A stretch of 50,470 nt of DNA from Armatimonadota bacterium (GTDB lineage Bacteria; Sysuimicrobiota; Sysuimicrobiia; Sysuimicrobiales; Kaftiobacteriaceae): the NCBI GenBank assembly GCA_037440005.1, contig JBBIUY010000022.1, positions 1-50,470 on the forward strand, given 5' to 3'. Position 1 is the first letter of the stretch, and each line of letters begins with the position of its first letter. Position numbers and translations under genes: made by a program. The notes beneath the pieces were generated by a model. It made no database searches, was not told the DNA's origin, and saw only the letters and a program-made list of their open reading frames with translations. Below, piece by piece: positions 9,203 to 19,845 of this stretch.

Positions 9203-10069
9203 GTGCTGAACTGGCTGCGCCGCCCCAAGTACGGATCCCTCCAGCGCCGCGAGATGCCGGCCGGCCTGTGGGCGCGCTGTCCCCGCTGCCAGAAGCTCAT
9301 CTACCGCAAGGAGCTGGAGCGCAACCTGCGGGTGTGCCCCCGGTGCGGCTACCACCACCGGCTGTCGGCGTCCGAGCGCCTGGAGATCACCCTGGATCCC
9401 GGAAGCTTCCGGGAGTACGACGCCGGCCTGACCTCCGCCGACCCCCTGGCCTTTGAGGGCTACGCCGCCAAGCTGGCCGAGGCCCGGGCCCGCACGGGAC
9501 GGCCCGAGGCGGTCCTGACGGGCGAGGGGACCATCGACGGCTGGCGGACGGTGGTGGGGGCGCTGGACTTCTTCTTCATGGGCGGGTCCATGGGCTCCGC
9601 GGTGGGCGAGAAGGTGGCCCGGGCCGCCGAGCGCGCCCGGGAGAGCCGGCTGCCCCTGATCCTCTTCTCGGCCTCGGGCGGCGCCCGCATGCAGGAAGGG
9701 GTGCTGTCCCTGATGCAGCTGGCCAAGACCAGCGCCGCCGTCGGGCGCCTGCACGACGCCGGGGTCCCCTACATCTCGGTCCTGTGCGACCCCACCACCG
9801 GCGGCGTGACCGCGTCCTTCGCCTTTCTGGGAGACGTCATCCTGGCCGAGCCGGGGGCCCTGATCGGGTTCGCCGGGCGCCGGGTGATCGAGCAGACCAT
9901 CCGCCGGCGGCTGCCGGAGGACTTCCAGACGGCGGAGTTCTGCCTGCAGAAGGGCCTGATCGACATGGTGGTGCCGCGCAGCGAGATGCGGGGCACCCTG
10001 GCGCGGCTGCTGGCCTTCTTCGGGGCGCCCCGGGCGGTCCCGCCGGAGCCGGCCCCCGCGCCCCCATGA
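9203..10069 (+). CDS. accD: Acetyl-CoA carboxylase carboxyltransferase beta subunit
   Basis: C4 Zn finger (CPRC...CPRC), FMGGSMG, SGGARMQEG, PTTGGVTAS, GFAGRRV. Confidence 0.97.
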   Translation: MLNWLRRPKYGSLQRREMPAGLWARCPRCQKLIYRKELERNLRVCPRCGYHHRLSASERLEITLDPGSFREYDAGLTSADPLAFEGYAAKLAEARARTGRPEAVLTGEGTIDGWRTVVGALDFFFMGGSMGSAVGEKVARAAERARESRLPLILFSASGGARMQEGVLSLMQLAKTSAAVGRLHDAGVPYISVLCDPTTGGVTASFAFLGDVILAEPGALIGFAGRRVIEQTIRRRLPEDFQTAEFCLQKGLIDMVVPRSEMRGTLARLLAFFGAPRAVPPEPAPAPP

Positions 10070-10926
10070 GCTCCTCCTCCCCCGCGCCGGACCGGGAGGG
10101 GCCGCCCGGAGCCCCCCTCACCCCCTGGCAGACGGTCCAGCTGGCCCGCCACCCCCAGCGGCCGCGGCTGGGAGACTACGTGGCCGCGCTGTTCACCGAC
10201 GTCCTGGAACTGCACGGCGACCGCCTGTACCGGGACGACCCGGCGCTGCTGGCCGCCCTGGCCCGGTTTGAGGGGGAGCCGGTGGTGGTGGTCGGCCACC
10301 ACAAAGGAAAGGACACCCGGGAAAACGTGGCCCGCAACTTCGGGATGCCCTACCCCGAGGGATACCGCAAGGCCCTGCGGGCCATGCGGCTGGCCGAAAA
10401 GTTCCGCTACCCGGTGGTCAGCTTCGTGGACACGCCGGGGGCCTACCCGGGCGACGAGGCCGAAGAGCGGGGTCAGGCCGAGGCCATCGCCCGCAACATC
10501 CAGGAGATGAGCCGGCTGCGCACGCCCATCCTGGTGGTGATCACCGGGGAAGGCGGCAGCGGCGGCGCCCTGGCCATCGGCGTGGGGGACGTGGTCCTGA
10601 TGCTCCAGCACGCCGTGTACACCGTGATCTCCCCCGAGGGGTGCGCCGCCATCCTCTGGCACGACGCCTCCCGGGCCGAGGACGCGGCGGCGGCCCTGCG
10701 GCTCACCGCCCCCGACCTGCTGGCCCTGGGGGTGGTGGACGAGGTGATCCCGGAGCCTCCCGGCGGCGCCCACACCGATCCCGACGCCGCGGTGGCGGCG
10801 GTGCGCGACGCCCTGGCCCGCCACCTGGCGCCGCTGCGGCAGACGCCCCCGGACGTCCTGCTGGAGCGCCGGTACGCCAAGTACCGCCGCATGGGGCAGG
10901 TGGTGGAGCTGCCGACCCCCGGGTGA
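10066..10926 (+). CDS. accA: Acetyl-CoA carboxylase carboxyltransferase alpha subunit
   Basis: ATG overlaps the accD stop. [50 protein letters not shown]. Confidence 0.96.
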   Translation: MSSSSPAPDREGPPGAPLTPWQTVQLARHPQRPRLGDYVAALFTDVLELHGDRLYRDDPALLAALARFEGEPVVVVGHHKGKDTRENVARNFGMPYPEGYRKALRAMRLAEKFRYPVVSFVDTPGAYPGDEAEERGQAEAIARNIQEMSRLRTPILVVITGEGGSGGALAIGVGDVVLMLQHAVYTVISPEGCAAILWHDASRAEDAAAALRLTAPDLLALGVVDEVIPEPPGGAHTDPDAAVAAVRDALARHLAPLRQTPPDVLLERRYAKYRRMGQVVELPTPG

Positions 10927-10968
10927 GGGAGGAGGACGGACAGGGGGGAAAAGAATGGGGAGGGTGGC

Positions 10969-11436
10969 GTGACCGAGGACGGCAAGCTCGACCTGGACCA
11001 GATCCGGGCGGTGATCCAGATCGCCAGCGAGGCGGCCGACATCGCCGAGCTGGAGGTCCAGTCCCCCACCTTGAGGATCTCGGTGAAGAAGGCCGCCGCG
11101 GCGCGGCCGGCGGCGGCCTCGTTGCCGGCCGCCCCGCCCGCCGGAGCGCCCGCGGCACCACCGGCCCCGGCGGAGCCCGACCACCTGGTGGCCATCACCG
11201 CGCCCATGGTGGGCACCTTTTACCGCGCCCCCAGCCCCGACGCGCCGCCGTTCGTCAGCGAGGGAGACCTGGTGGAACCGGGCCAGACGGTGTGCATCAT
11301 CGAGGCCATGAAGCTGTTCAACGAGATCCAGAGCGAGGTCCGGGGGCGCGTCGCCCGCATCCTGGTGGAGAACGCGGCGCCCGTGGAGTACGGGCAGACG
11401 CTGATGCTGGTGGACCCGTCGGCGGACGGGGCCTGA
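10969..11436 (+). CDS. accB: Biotin carboxyl carrier protein
   Basis: Ala/Pro linker, [22 protein letters not shown] biotinylation motif. Confidence 0.97.
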   Translation: MTEDGKLDLDQIRAVIQIASEAADIAELEVQSPTLRISVKKAAAARPAAASLPAAPPAGAPAAPPAPAEPDHLVAITAPMVGTFYRAPSPDAPPFVSEGDLVEPGQTVCIIEAMKLFNEIQSEVRGRVARILVENAAPVEYGQTLMLVDPSADGA

Positions 11437-11444
11437 CCCCCGGG

Positions 11445-12821
11445 ATGTTCAAGAAGCTGCTCATCGCCAACCGCGGCGAGATCGCCGTGCGGATCATCCG
11501 GGCCTGCCGGGAGCTGGGGATCCGCACGGTGGCCGTGTACTCCGAGGCCGACCGGTCGGCGCTGCACGTGCGCATGGCCGACGAGGCGTTCTGCATCGGC
11601 CCCCCGCCGGCGGCCGAGTCGTACCTGAACATCCCCAACATCATGAGCACCGCCGAACTGCTGGGGGTGGACGCCATCCACCCCGGCTACGGCTTTCTGG
11701 CGGAGAACCCGCACTTTTCCGAGATCTGCCGGGACGTGAACATCACCTTCGTGGGCCCCTCCCCCGAGGCCATCGCCGCCATGGGCAACAAGGCCGCCGC
11801 CCGCCAGCGGATGAAGGCCGCCGGGGTGCCGGTGGTGCCCGGCAGCGACGGGCCGGTGCGCACCGAGGCGGAGGCCCTGGAGGTGGCCCGGGCGGTGGGC
11901 TTTCCCCTCATCGTCAAGGCCTCCGCCGGCGGAGGCGGCCGGGGCATGCGGGTCGTCCACACCCGGGAGGATCTGCGCCGGGCGCTGCAGACGGCCCAGG
12001 CGGAGGCCGAAGCGGCCTTCGGCAGCGGCGAGGTGTACCTGGAGAAGTACGTGGAGGAGCCCCGGCACATCGAGGTCCAGATCCTGGCCGACCACCACCA
12101 CAACATCATCCACCTGGGCGCCCGGGACTGCTCCATCCAGAGGCGGCACCAGAAGCTGCTGGAGGAGTGCCCCCCGCCGGGACTGCGGGACCGCTTCCTC
12201 CGCGCCCTGGGCAAGGCGGCGGTGCGCGCCGCCCACGCCATCAACTACACCGGCGCCGGCACCGTGGAGTTCCTGGTGGACCGGGACGGCCACTTCTACT
12301 TCATGGAGATGAACACCCGGATCCAGGTGGAGCACCCGGTGACCGAGACGGTGACCGGGGTGGACATTGTCAAGTGGCAGATCCGCATCGCCGCCGGCGA
12401 GCGCCTGACCCTCCACCAGGGGGAGGTGGAGTTCCGGGGACACGCCATCGAGTGCCGGATCAACGCCGAAGACCCCCGCCACGACTTCCGGCCGGCGCCG
12501 GGGACGATCACCGCCTTCGTCCCCCCGGGCGGGCCCGGGGTGCGGGTGGACACCCACGCCTACGCCGGCTACACCATCCCCCCCTACTACGACTCCCTGC
12601 TGGCCAAGGTCATCGCCTGGGGATCGGACCGGCAGGAGGCCATCAGCCGGATGCGGCGGGCCCTGCAGGAGTTCGAGATCGCCGGCGTGCCCACCACCAT
12701 CCCCTTCCACCTGATGGTGCTGGACAACGCCTTCTTCCGCCGGGGCGAGGTGTACACCAACTTCGTCCAGCGCCGCATCGACCTGTCGGCGCTGGCGCCC
12801 GCCGCCTCCTCCGGACGGTAG
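11445..12821 (+). CDS. accC: Biotin carboxylase
   Basis: Start ATG 11445: [63 protein letters not shown]. Confidence 0.97.
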   Translation: MFKKLLIANRGEIAVRIIRACRELGIRTVAVYSEADRSALHVRMADEAFCIGPPPAAESYLNIPNIMSTAELLGVDAIHPGYGFLAENPHFSEICRDVNITFVGPSPEAIAAMGNKAAARQRMKAAGVPVVPGSDGPVRTEAEALEVARAVGFPLIVKASAGGGGRGMRVVHTREDLRRALQTAQAEAEAAFGSGEVYLEKYVEEPRHIEVQILADHHHNIIHLGARDCSIQRRHQKLLEECPPPGLRDRFLRALGKAAVRAAHAINYTGAGTVEFLVDRDGHFYFMEMNTRIQVEHPVTETVTGVDIVKWQIRIAAGERLTLHQGEVEFRGHAIECRINAEDPRHDFRPAPGTITAFVPPGGPGVRVDTHAYAGYTIPPYYDSLLAKVIAWGSDRQEAISRMRRALQEFEIAGVPTTIPFHLMVLDNAFFRRGEVYTNFVQRRIDLSALAPAASSGR

Positions 12822-12834
12822 CCCGACACCCGCG

Positions 12835-13809
12835 CTAGCCGCCGGAGGCCGCCAGCCGGCCCGTGCGGACCAGGACCACCGCCGCCGCTCCCACCGCTCC
12901 CGCGTCGTCTCCCAGCGCCGCCGGGACGATCTCCGCGTCCCGGGCCGGACGCTCGAACGCGAACTGGCGCGCCGTCCGCCGCACCGGGTCCAGCAGCAGG
13001 TCGCCGGCCTTGCTCACGCCCCCGCCGATCACCACCCGCCGGGGGTTGAGGAGGTTGAGGAGGTTGGCCACCCCCACGCCCACGTAGAACCCCGCCCGCT
13101 CGAAGATCTCGCGGGCGACCGGGTCGCCCTCCCGGGCCGCGCGGGCCACCACCTCGGCGGTCAGGCGCGCGGGATCGGCTCCCAGAGCCGCCAGCGCGGT
13201 GGGCCGCCCCGACGCCACCGCCTCGGCCGCCTGGCGGGCGATGGCCCGGCCCGAGGCCAGGGCTTCCAGGTGCCCCCGCCGCCCGCACCCGCACAGGGGG
13301 CCGTCGGCGTCCACCACCGTGTGCCCGATCTCCCCGGCGGTGCCGCTGACGCCGTGCAGCAGCCGGTCCCCCAGGATGATCCCCCCGCCGATGCCGGTGC
13401 TGACAGTGATGTACACCAGGTCGGAGATCCCCCGGCCCGCCCCCGCCCACCACTCGCCCAGGGCCGCGGCGTTGGCGTCGTTCTCCACGTAGCAGGGCAG
13501 GCCCAGCCGTCCGCCCAGCAGGTCGGCCAGGGGCACGTCGCGCCACCCGGCCAGGTTGGCCGGTTCGTACACCACCCCGCTGTGCGGGTCCAGGGGCCCG
13601 GGCGCCCCCACCCCGATCCCCGGGCAGGCGGCGCGGGACAGCCCGGCCTCCGCCAGCACGCCCTCCACCGTGGCGGCGATGGCGTCCACCACCGCGGCCG
13701 GACCCGATTGAGGCGTGGCGACCCGCCGGCGCGCCCGCACGGCCCCGGTCAGGTCCACCAGCGCCGTCAGGATCTTGGTGCCGCCCAGGTCCACCCCGAC
13801 CACGTACAC
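12835..13809 (-). CDS. ROK-family sugar kinase (glucokinase-like)
   Basis: GVDLGGTK, ENDANAAALGE, GIGGG, GEIGH, CGCGRRGHLE. No N-terminal HTH. Confidence 0.92.
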   Translation of the reverse strand: MYVVGVDLGGTKILTALVDLTGAVRARRRVATPQSGPAAVVDAIAATVEGVLAEAGLSRAACPGIGVGAPGPLDPHSGVVYEPANLAGWRDVPLADLLGGRLGLPCYVENDANAAALGEWWAGAGRGISDLVYITVSTGIGGGIILGDRLLHGVSGTAGEIGHTVVDADGPLCGCGRRGHLEALASGRAIARQAAEAVASGRPTALAALGADPARLTAEVVARAAREGDPVAREIFERAGFYVGVGVANLLNLLNPRRVVIGGGVSKAGDLLLDPVRRTARQFAFERPARDAEIVPAALGDDAGAVGAAAVVLVRTGRLAASGG

Positions 13810-13923
13810 GTCCCATCCCCTCCCCTTCGTCTTCCCTCATTCCTGTCGTCGGTAGGAGTCCGCCCCCCGCCCCCGGAAGAATATGGGGCCGGACCGCCCC
13901 AAGCGGTCCGGGGAGGTGCAGCC

Positions 13924-14802
13924 GTGCCGGGTGTGCTGACCACATTCGCCCTGCTGGTGGCGGCGATCATCGTGGGGATTTCCATCATCAGCGCCGCCAT
14001 CAAGGTCGTGCGGGAGTACCAGCGGCTCGTGGTGTTTCGGCTGGGCAAGGCCATCGGCCAGCGGGGCCCGGGTCTGGTGTTCCTGATCCCCATCGTGGAC
14101 AAGGCGGTGTGGGTGGACCTGCGGGAGTTCTTCCTGGAGATCCCCTCCCAGACCTGCATCACCAAGGACAACGCCCCCATCAACATCGACTTCCTGATCT
14201 ACTTCAAGGTCTTCGACCCGGAGAAGTCGGTGATCCAGGTGGCCGACTTCGCCGGCGCCGCCCGGGGCATCGCCACCACCACCCTGCGGGCGGTGGTGGG
14301 CGACATCTCCCTGGACGACGTGCTGGCCAAGCGGGAGCAGATCAACCAGGTCCTGCGGGCCAAGCTGGACGAGGTCACCGAGCGGTGGGGCGTCAAGGTC
14401 ACCACGGTGGAGATCCGCGAGATCCTGCCCCCGCGCGAGGTGCAGGAGGCGATGACCAAGCAGATGTCCGCCGAGCGCAACCGGCGGGCGCTCGTCACCG
14501 AGGCGGACGGCAAGCGCGAAGCGGCCATCAAGGTGGCCGAGGGCGAAAAGCAGGCCGCCATCCTCAAGGCGGAGGGCGACCGCCAGGCGGCCATCCTGCG
14601 GGCCGAGGGCTTCTCCCTGGCCCTGGACAAGATCTACTCGGTGGCCCGCAACGTGGACAGCAAGACCATGACCCTCCAGTACCTGGAGGCCCTGAAGGCC
14701 CTGGGGGAGGGCGCGTCCACCAAGTTCATCTTCCCGATGGAGTTCACCCGGCTGCTGCAGCCGCTGGCGGACATGACCCGGGAGTCGGGGCGCAGCGACT
14801 GA
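13924..14802 (+). CDS. SPFH/band-7 (stomatin-like) membrane protein
   Basis: GGAGGTG SD then GTG 13924. N-terminal TM, VVFRLGK, ITKDNA, WGVKVTTVEI, AE..RRA coiled-coil repeats. Confidence 0.92.
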   Translation: MPGVLTTFALLVAAIIVGISIISAAIKVVREYQRLVVFRLGKAIGQRGPGLVFLIPIVDKAVWVDLREFFLEIPSQTCITKDNAPINIDFLIYFKVFDPEKSVIQVADFAGAARGIATTTLRAVVGDISLDDVLAKREQINQVLRAKLDEVTERWGVKVTTVEIREILPPREVQEAMTKQMSAERNRRALVTEADGKREAAIKVAEGEKQAAILKAEGDRQAAILRAEGFSLALDKIYSVARNVDSKTMTLQYLEALKALGEGASTKFIFPMEFTRLLQPLADMTRESGRSD

Positions 14803-14820
14803 CCGGAGCGCTCCGCCGCC

Positions 14821-15921
14821 CTAGATGATCGCCTCCTGGGTGGTGGGGTTGAACAGGTGCATCTTGCGCATGTTCACCACCACCTCCACCGTCTGGCCCA
14901 TGCGGGCGTCGGTGCGGGCGTCCATCCGGGCCACGATCGAGTGGCGACCCACGGTCAGGTACAGGATCACGTCCGAGCCCAAAGGCTCGTGGACGTCCAC
15001 CGTGGCCCGCAGGGTCCACGCCGGGTTGGCCCCGTCGGTCAGGGACCGGTCGGCGATGTCCTCGGGGCGGATGCCGAACACCACCGCCTTGCCCAGCCAG
15101 GGTCGGGCGTAGGGCGCCAGGTCGGCGGGTACTTCCAGCCGGAAGGACCCCGCGTCCACGTACACCCGGCCGTTCTCCTCGGCCAGGACGGCGTCCACGA
15201 AGTTCATGGCGGGGCTGCCGATGAAGCCGGCCACGAACATGTTGGCGGGCTTCTCGTACAGGTTCAGGGGCGTGTCCACCTGCTGCACCACCCCGTCCCG
15301 CATCACCACGATCCGGTCGCCCATGGTCATGGCCTCCACCTGGTCGTGGGTGACGTAGATGGTGGTAGTCTGCAGCCGGGCCTGCAGCTTCTTGATCTCC
15401 GCCCGGGTCTGCACCCGCAGCTTGGCGTCCAGGTTGGACAGGGGCTCGTCCATCAGGAACACCTGGGGCTCCCGCACGATGGCCCGCCCCAGCGCCACCC
15501 GCTGGCGCTGGCCGCCGGACAGCTGCTTGGGCTTGCGGTCCAGCAGGCCCTCGATGCCCAGCATCTCGGCGGCCTCCTTCACCCGCCGGTCGATCTCGGC
15601 CTTGGGGTAGCGCCGCAGCCGCAGGCCGAAGGCCATGTTCTCGTAGACGGTCATGTGGGGGTAGAGGGCGTAGTTCTGGAAGACCATGGCGATGTCCCGG
15701 TCCTTGGGCGGGACGTCGTTGACCCGGCGGTCGCCGATGTAGATGTCCCCGGCGGTGGGTTCCTCCAGACCGGCGATCAGCCGCAGCGCCGTGGTCTTCC
15801 CGCACCCCGACGGGCCCACCAGCACCGTGAACTGCTTGTCGGGGACGTCCAGGGTGACGTTGTTGACCGCCGTCACCGTCCCGAACTTCTTGGTCACGCC
15901 CTGCAGCTGCACCCGCGCCAC
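14821..15921 (-). CDS. CUT1 sugar ABC transporter ATP-binding protein (MsmK/MalK/UgpC family)
   Basis: GPSGCGKT, VFQNYALYPH, LSGGQRQR, DEPLSNLD, YVTHDQ, C-terminal TOBE domain. Confidence 0.95.
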   Translation of the reverse strand: MARVQLQGVTKKFGTVTAVNNVTLDVPDKQFTVLVGPSGCGKTTALRLIAGLEEPTAGDIYIGDRRVNDVPPKDRDIAMVFQNYALYPHMTVYENMAFGLRLRRYPKAEIDRRVKEAAEMLGIEGLLDRKPKQLSGGQRQRVALGRAIVREPQVFLMDEPLSNLDAKLRVQTRAEIKKLQARLQTTTIYVTHDQVEAMTMGDRIVVMRDGVVQQVDTPLNLYEKPANMFVAGFIGSPAMNFVDAVLAEENGRVYVDAGSFRLEVPADLAPYARPWLGKAVVFGIRPEDIADRSLTDGANPAWTLRATVDVHEPLGSDVILYLTVGRHSIVARMDARTDARMGQTVEVVVNMRKMHLFNPTTQEAII

Positions 15922-15955
15922 GGTCCTCTCCCTCCGCCCTGCGGCACGGCCGGCC

Positions 15956-17008
15956 TCAGGATCTTTCCTCCTGCGCCAGCCGGCGCTTGAGTGCGTCGAT
16001 CACCGGCACCGGCGTGGGGTCCACCCCCCGCAGCAGCGCCAGGTACCAGCTCACGAAATCCCCGATCAGAATGATAGAACACAGCCGGGCCAGGAGGCCA
16101 CGGCCCCGGGCCCACACCTCGTCCACCCCGGCGGCCCGGGCGAAGGCCAGGTCCCGGGTGATGGCCACCCGCCGGGCGAGGCGCGGGGGCTCCCGGGGGT
16201 CCCGCAGGATGACCACGTGGCAGCGCCGGGCCAGGTCCGGGTCCATCCCCCACCCCACCGTCTCGTTGTGGTTCAGTTCCGGAAAGGTGTTCCAGCCGGC
16301 CAGGGTCTTGGCGTTCTCGTTGATCTGGTCCTTCCAGCGCTGGGCGGCGGGTTCCAGCAGCGGGGTCGCGCTGTAGATGAGGGGAAGGCGCCCCACCAGG
16401 CCGGCGGCCAGGGCCCGGGCCGGGTTGTCCGGCCGGCCGGGAGCCATCTCCTCGGCGACGGCGGCGGCGGCGTCGGTCGCTTCGGCCACGTCGTCGTCGA
16501 AGGACCGCACGGCGCCCGCGGCCGCCAGGACCGCCAGCATGGGCAGGAACAGGTACGGCAGGGCCGCCCGGGGCGGCAGTCCCGCCGGCACCACCACCGC
16601 GGGGTCCCCCCGCTCCCGGGCGCGGCGCAGGAGCGTCCCCCCGGAGGTGATGGCGACGCAGCGCGCTCCCCGCTCCGCCGCCTGCTGGTAGGCGGCCAGC
16701 GTCTCCTCGGTCTCCCCCGAGTAGCTGCAGGCGAACAGGAGCGTCTGCGGACCGACCCAGCCCGGGACCCGGTAGTCCTTCACCACCACCACCGGCGGCG
16801 CGGGCTCGTCGTACAGCACCGCCCGCAGCAGGTCCCCGCCGATGCCCGACCCTCCCATGCCCGCGGCCACCACCACCTGGGGGCGCACCGGGGGCGGGAC
16901 TCCGGCGGCCAGGGCCCACGCCTCCGCGCACATGCGGGGGAAGCGGCTGATGAGCTGGAGCATCCCGGCGGGGTCGGCGGAGGTCAGGCCGGCCGGATCG
17001 AGCGCCAT
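15956..17008 (-). CDS. Bifunctional phosphoglucose/phosphomannose isomerase (archaeal-type PGI/PMI, SIS)
   Basis: Start ATG 17008. GMGGSGIGG, SYSGETEET, ITSGG, PRAAL, RWKDQINENAK, FPELNHNE, VDPTPV. Confidence 0.93.
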   Translation of the reverse strand: MALDPAGLTSADPAGMLQLISRFPRMCAEAWALAAGVPPPVRPQVVVAAGMGGSGIGGDLLRAVLYDEPAPPVVVVKDYRVPGWVGPQTLLFACSYSGETEETLAAYQQAAERGARCVAITSGGTLLRRARERGDPAVVVPAGLPPRAALPYLFLPMLAVLAAAGAVRSFDDDVAEATDAAAAVAEEMAPGRPDNPARALAAGLVGRLPLIYSATPLLEPAAQRWKDQINENAKTLAGWNTFPELNHNETVGWGMDPDLARRCHVVILRDPREPPRLARRVAITRDLAFARAAGVDEVWARGRGLLARLCSIILIGDFVSWYLALLRGVDPTPVPVIDALKRRLAQEERS

Positions 17009-17096
17009 GGTGGTGCTTCCTTTCGGCGCCGCCCCGGGCGCACCTTCCCGCCAGCCGACAGGGACCCCGGCGCCGCCCCAGCGAATCCTCGCAGGG

Positions 17097-17414
17097 ATGG
17101 AGCGCGCACCGGGCGTTCGACTGTCCGGCTCGGAGGTCCGCCGGCTCCGCGAGCTGCGGGAGCGCGTCAAGGTGGCCGCCCTGACCCTGCCCCTGCCCCT
17201 GCAGCGCCGGCTGCTGGACCTGCTGGAGCGGGCGCGGCCGTGGACGGTGCCCGCCCGCCCGGTGCCGGAGATGACCCGGGGCGAGCTGGTCCGCGCGATC
17301 CGCTGGCGCCTGGGCACCATCCCTCTGGCGGGAGCGGAGGCGGCGGCCGCCTTCATCGACCGCCACCGGCGCCTGGCGTCCGGCGGCCGGAGGGCGCGGA
17401 CGCGCCGACCGTGA
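17097..17414 (+). CDS. Small basic hypothetical protein (105 aa)
   Basis: ATG 17097 open to TGA 17414 with GC3-biased codons. It fills the gap between PGI/PMI and the glycoside hydrolase and ends 11 nt before the next start. Confidence 0.7.
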   Translation: MERAPGVRLSGSEVRRLRELRERVKVAALTLPLPLQRRLLDLLERARPWTVPARPVPEMTRGELVRAIRWRLGTIPLAGAEAAAAFIDRHRRLASGGRRARTRRP

Positions 17415-17425
17415 GGGACGGGCCG

Positions 17426-19267
17426 ATGCACGGCGAACGTCCCGACGAAGGCGTCCCCGCCCGGACGGACGTCTCCGGCGGCGCGGCGGGGGTCAGACCC
17501 GACGAGCGGGAGGCCCCCGACCCGCTGGCGCTGCTGGCCGACCGGGTGGACCTGACGGTGGTACCGTTCACCGACAGGGGAAGCCGCCTGCTGCTGTTCC
17601 TGGATCCCGACCGCACCCGGTTTCACATCCGCATCTGCGAGCGCTGGCCCCGGCTGGACTACGTGGAGGGCGACTACCGGGCGCGGCGGCCGATGGTCCG
17701 GGACCTGCACCTGACCGACGACGAGGGCCGCCCCCTCCCGTTCACCCTGCACAGCGCGCCCCACCGGCTGGACCTGGCCACCTCCCGGGGACCGGTGACG
17801 GTGGTCTTCGCCGATCCGGAGGTGGTGCTGCTGACCCTGCCAGAGGGACGGGTCGGCGTCCGGTGCGCCGTGCGGGCCGAGTGGGCCGCGCCCGACGCCC
17901 GGGGGGCTCGCTTGCGCGGCGCCCGCAACGTGGCCCTGACCACCAACGCCCGGATCGTGCGCAGCACGGTGGAACGCCAGGGCCTGTACCACCTGGTGGA
18001 CCTGCAGGTGGAGACCGGTTCGGGCGGGGCGGTGTCGATCAACATCACCCCGCGCCTGGGGTTCTCCCGCGGGCTGCACCCCCGGGAGGCGGTGTCCGAG
18101 AGCGAGCGCCGGTGGCGGCGGTGGTTTGCGGTCGTGCCCCCGGTCCACCCCCGCTACCACCGCTCCTACTACTACGCCTGGTGGGTGATGGGGGCGGGCC
18201 TGATCAGTTCCCGCTACTACCTGACCCGGGAGGCGATGGTCCCCAGCAAGGTGCGCTACGTGGGGGTGTGGCAGTGGGACGCGTTCTTCCACGCCCTGGC
18301 CTACCGCTACGTGGACGCCCGCCTGGCCGCCGACCAGTTCAGGATCTTCATCGACCACCAGCGCCCGGATGGCATGCTGCCCGACGCGGTCTACGACGAG
18401 GGCGTCATCGACCACCTGGCCTACCCCGTGGACGCGCCGGTGACCAAGCCGCCCCTGGCCGCCTGGGCGGCCTGGAAGGTCTACCAGGTCACCGGGGACC
18501 TGGACTTCCTGGCCGAGCTGTATGCGCCCCTGAGCCAGTGGAACGAGTGGTGGTTCGCCCACTCCGACCAGGACCGCGACGGCGTCCCGGAGTACAGTCA
18601 CCCGTACTCGTCGGGCATGGACGACAGCCCCCTGTGGGACGAGGGCATGCCCGTGGAGTCGCCGGACCTGGCCACCTACCTGGTCCTCCACATGGACGCG
18701 TTGAGCCGGATGGCGAAGGCGCTGGGGCTGGACTCCGACGCCGACCGGTGGGCGGAGCGGGCCGACGAGCTGGCCCGGCGGATGGTCGCCCACTTCTACG
18801 ACCCGGACTCCGGGCTGTTCTGGGCCGTGCGCCCGACACTGGGCCACCGGCGGGTGGACGTCCTCACGCCGGTCAGCCTGATCCCCCTGGCCACGGGACG
18901 GCTGGACCGGGAGGTGGCCGACCGGCTGGTGGCGCGCCTGGTGGACCCCGCCCAGTTCTGGCCGCGCTATCCCATCCCCACGGTGGCCCGCACCGACCCC
19001 CGCTACGCCCCCGCCCAGATGTGGCGGGGGCCGGTGTGGGCCAACGTCAACTACCTGTTCGTGGAGGCCCTGCAGGCGGCGGGGTTTCCGGCGGTGGCGC
19101 GGGAGCTGGCCGACCGCACCCTGGAGATGGCCGCAGGGTACTGGGACCTGCCCGAGTACTACCATCCCGACACCGGGCTGCCGCCGGCCGGGGCGGCGCC
19201 GTCCCAGGGGTGGACGGCCGCCACCGTCATCGACCTGGCGATCCGCCGGTCCCGGGGGGAGGTGTGA
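17426..19267 (+). CDS. (alpha/alpha)6-barrel glycoside hydrolase, GH63/MGH1/YgjK-like (alpha-glucosidase / glucosyl- or mannosylglycerate hydrolase-like)
   Basis: Start ATG 17426. GVWQWDAFFH, TKPPL, SGMDDSPLWD, MWRGPVWANVNY, EYYHPDTG, GWTAA. Confidence 0.85.
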   Translation: MHGERPDEGVPARTDVSGGAAGVRPDEREAPDPLALLADRVDLTVVPFTDRGSRLLLFLDPDRTRFHIRICERWPRLDYVEGDYRARRPMVRDLHLTDDEGRPLPFTLHSAPHRLDLATSRGPVTVVFADPEVVLLTLPEGRVGVRCAVRAEWAAPDARGARLRGARNVALTTNARIVRSTVERQGLYHLVDLQVETGSGGAVSINITPRLGFSRGLHPREAVSESERRWRRWFAVVPPVHPRYHRSYYYAWWVMGAGLISSRYYLTREAMVPSKVRYVGVWQWDAFFHALAYRYVDARLAADQFRIFIDHQRPDGMLPDAVYDEGVIDHLAYPVDAPVTKPPLAAWAAWKVYQVTGDLDFLAELYAPLSQWNEWWFAHSDQDRDGVPEYSHPYSSGMDDSPLWDEGMPVESPDLATYLVLHMDALSRMAKALGLDSDADRWAERADELARRMVAHFYDPDSGLFWAVRPTLGHRRVDVLTPVSLIPLATGRLDREVADRLVARLVDPAQFWPRYPIPTVARTDPRYAPAQMWRGPVWANVNYLFVEALQAAGFPAVARELADRTLEMAAGYWDLPEYYHPDTGLPPAGAAPSQGWTAATVIDLAIRRSRGEV

Positions 19268-19277
19268 GGGAGGGGCC

Positions 19278-19817
19278 ATGACCGCCGGGGGGCTGCACCA
19301 GCTGCGGGAGGCCCTGCGGGGCTTTGAGACGGCGCTGACCGTGGCCGCGATCCTGCTCCTGACGGCGGCGGCCATGCGGCTGGCGCCGGTCCTGATCCGG
19401 CGCGCCCTGACCGCCCGCGGGGGAGGAGTCCTGGACGAGGTCCGCCGGCGGACCCTGCAGTCGCTGCTGGAGAGCCTGACCCGCTACCTGCTGGCGTTCA
19501 TCGCCCTGGTGATGGTTCTGCGGGAGCTGGGGGTGGACGCCACCGCCGTCCTGGCCAGCGCCGGGGTGGTGGGGATCGCCGTCGGTCTGGGCGCCCAGAC
19601 CCTGATCCGGGACATCATCGCCGGCGTCCTTTTGATCTCCGAGGACCTGCTGCATGTGGGCGACGTCATCACCGTGGACTCCCGCACCGGCACCGTGGAG
19701 CGCATCGGCATCCGCACCACCCAGATCCGCACCGCCGACGGGGAGGTGTGGACCATCCCCAACGGCCGGCTGGAGATCTTCGGCAACCGCGGGCCGCGCG
19801 CGGGAGCCCGCCCGTGA
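19278..19817 (+). CDS. Short MscS-family mechanosensitive channel protein
   Basis: GGAGG SD. Three TM helices, GIAVGLGAQTLIRD, GDVI...GTVERIGIRTTQIR...IPN. Ends before the usual C-terminal domain. Confidence 0.85.
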   Translation: MTAGGLHQLREALRGFETALTVAAILLLTAAAMRLAPVLIRRALTARGGGVLDEVRRRTLQSLLESLTRYLLAFIALVMVLRELGVDATAVLASAGVVGIAVGLGAQTLIRDIIAGVLLISEDLLHVGDVITVDSRTGTVERIGIRTTQIRTADGEVWTIPNGRLEIFGNRGPRAGARP

Positions 19818-19845
19818 CGCCCGTCGCCGCGGCCGGAGGCCGCCC

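Noticed and set aside
13924..14802. NfeD-SPFH pair
   Set aside because: There is no NfeD-like ORF adjacent. The gene is stand-alone between the ROK kinase and the ABC ATPase.
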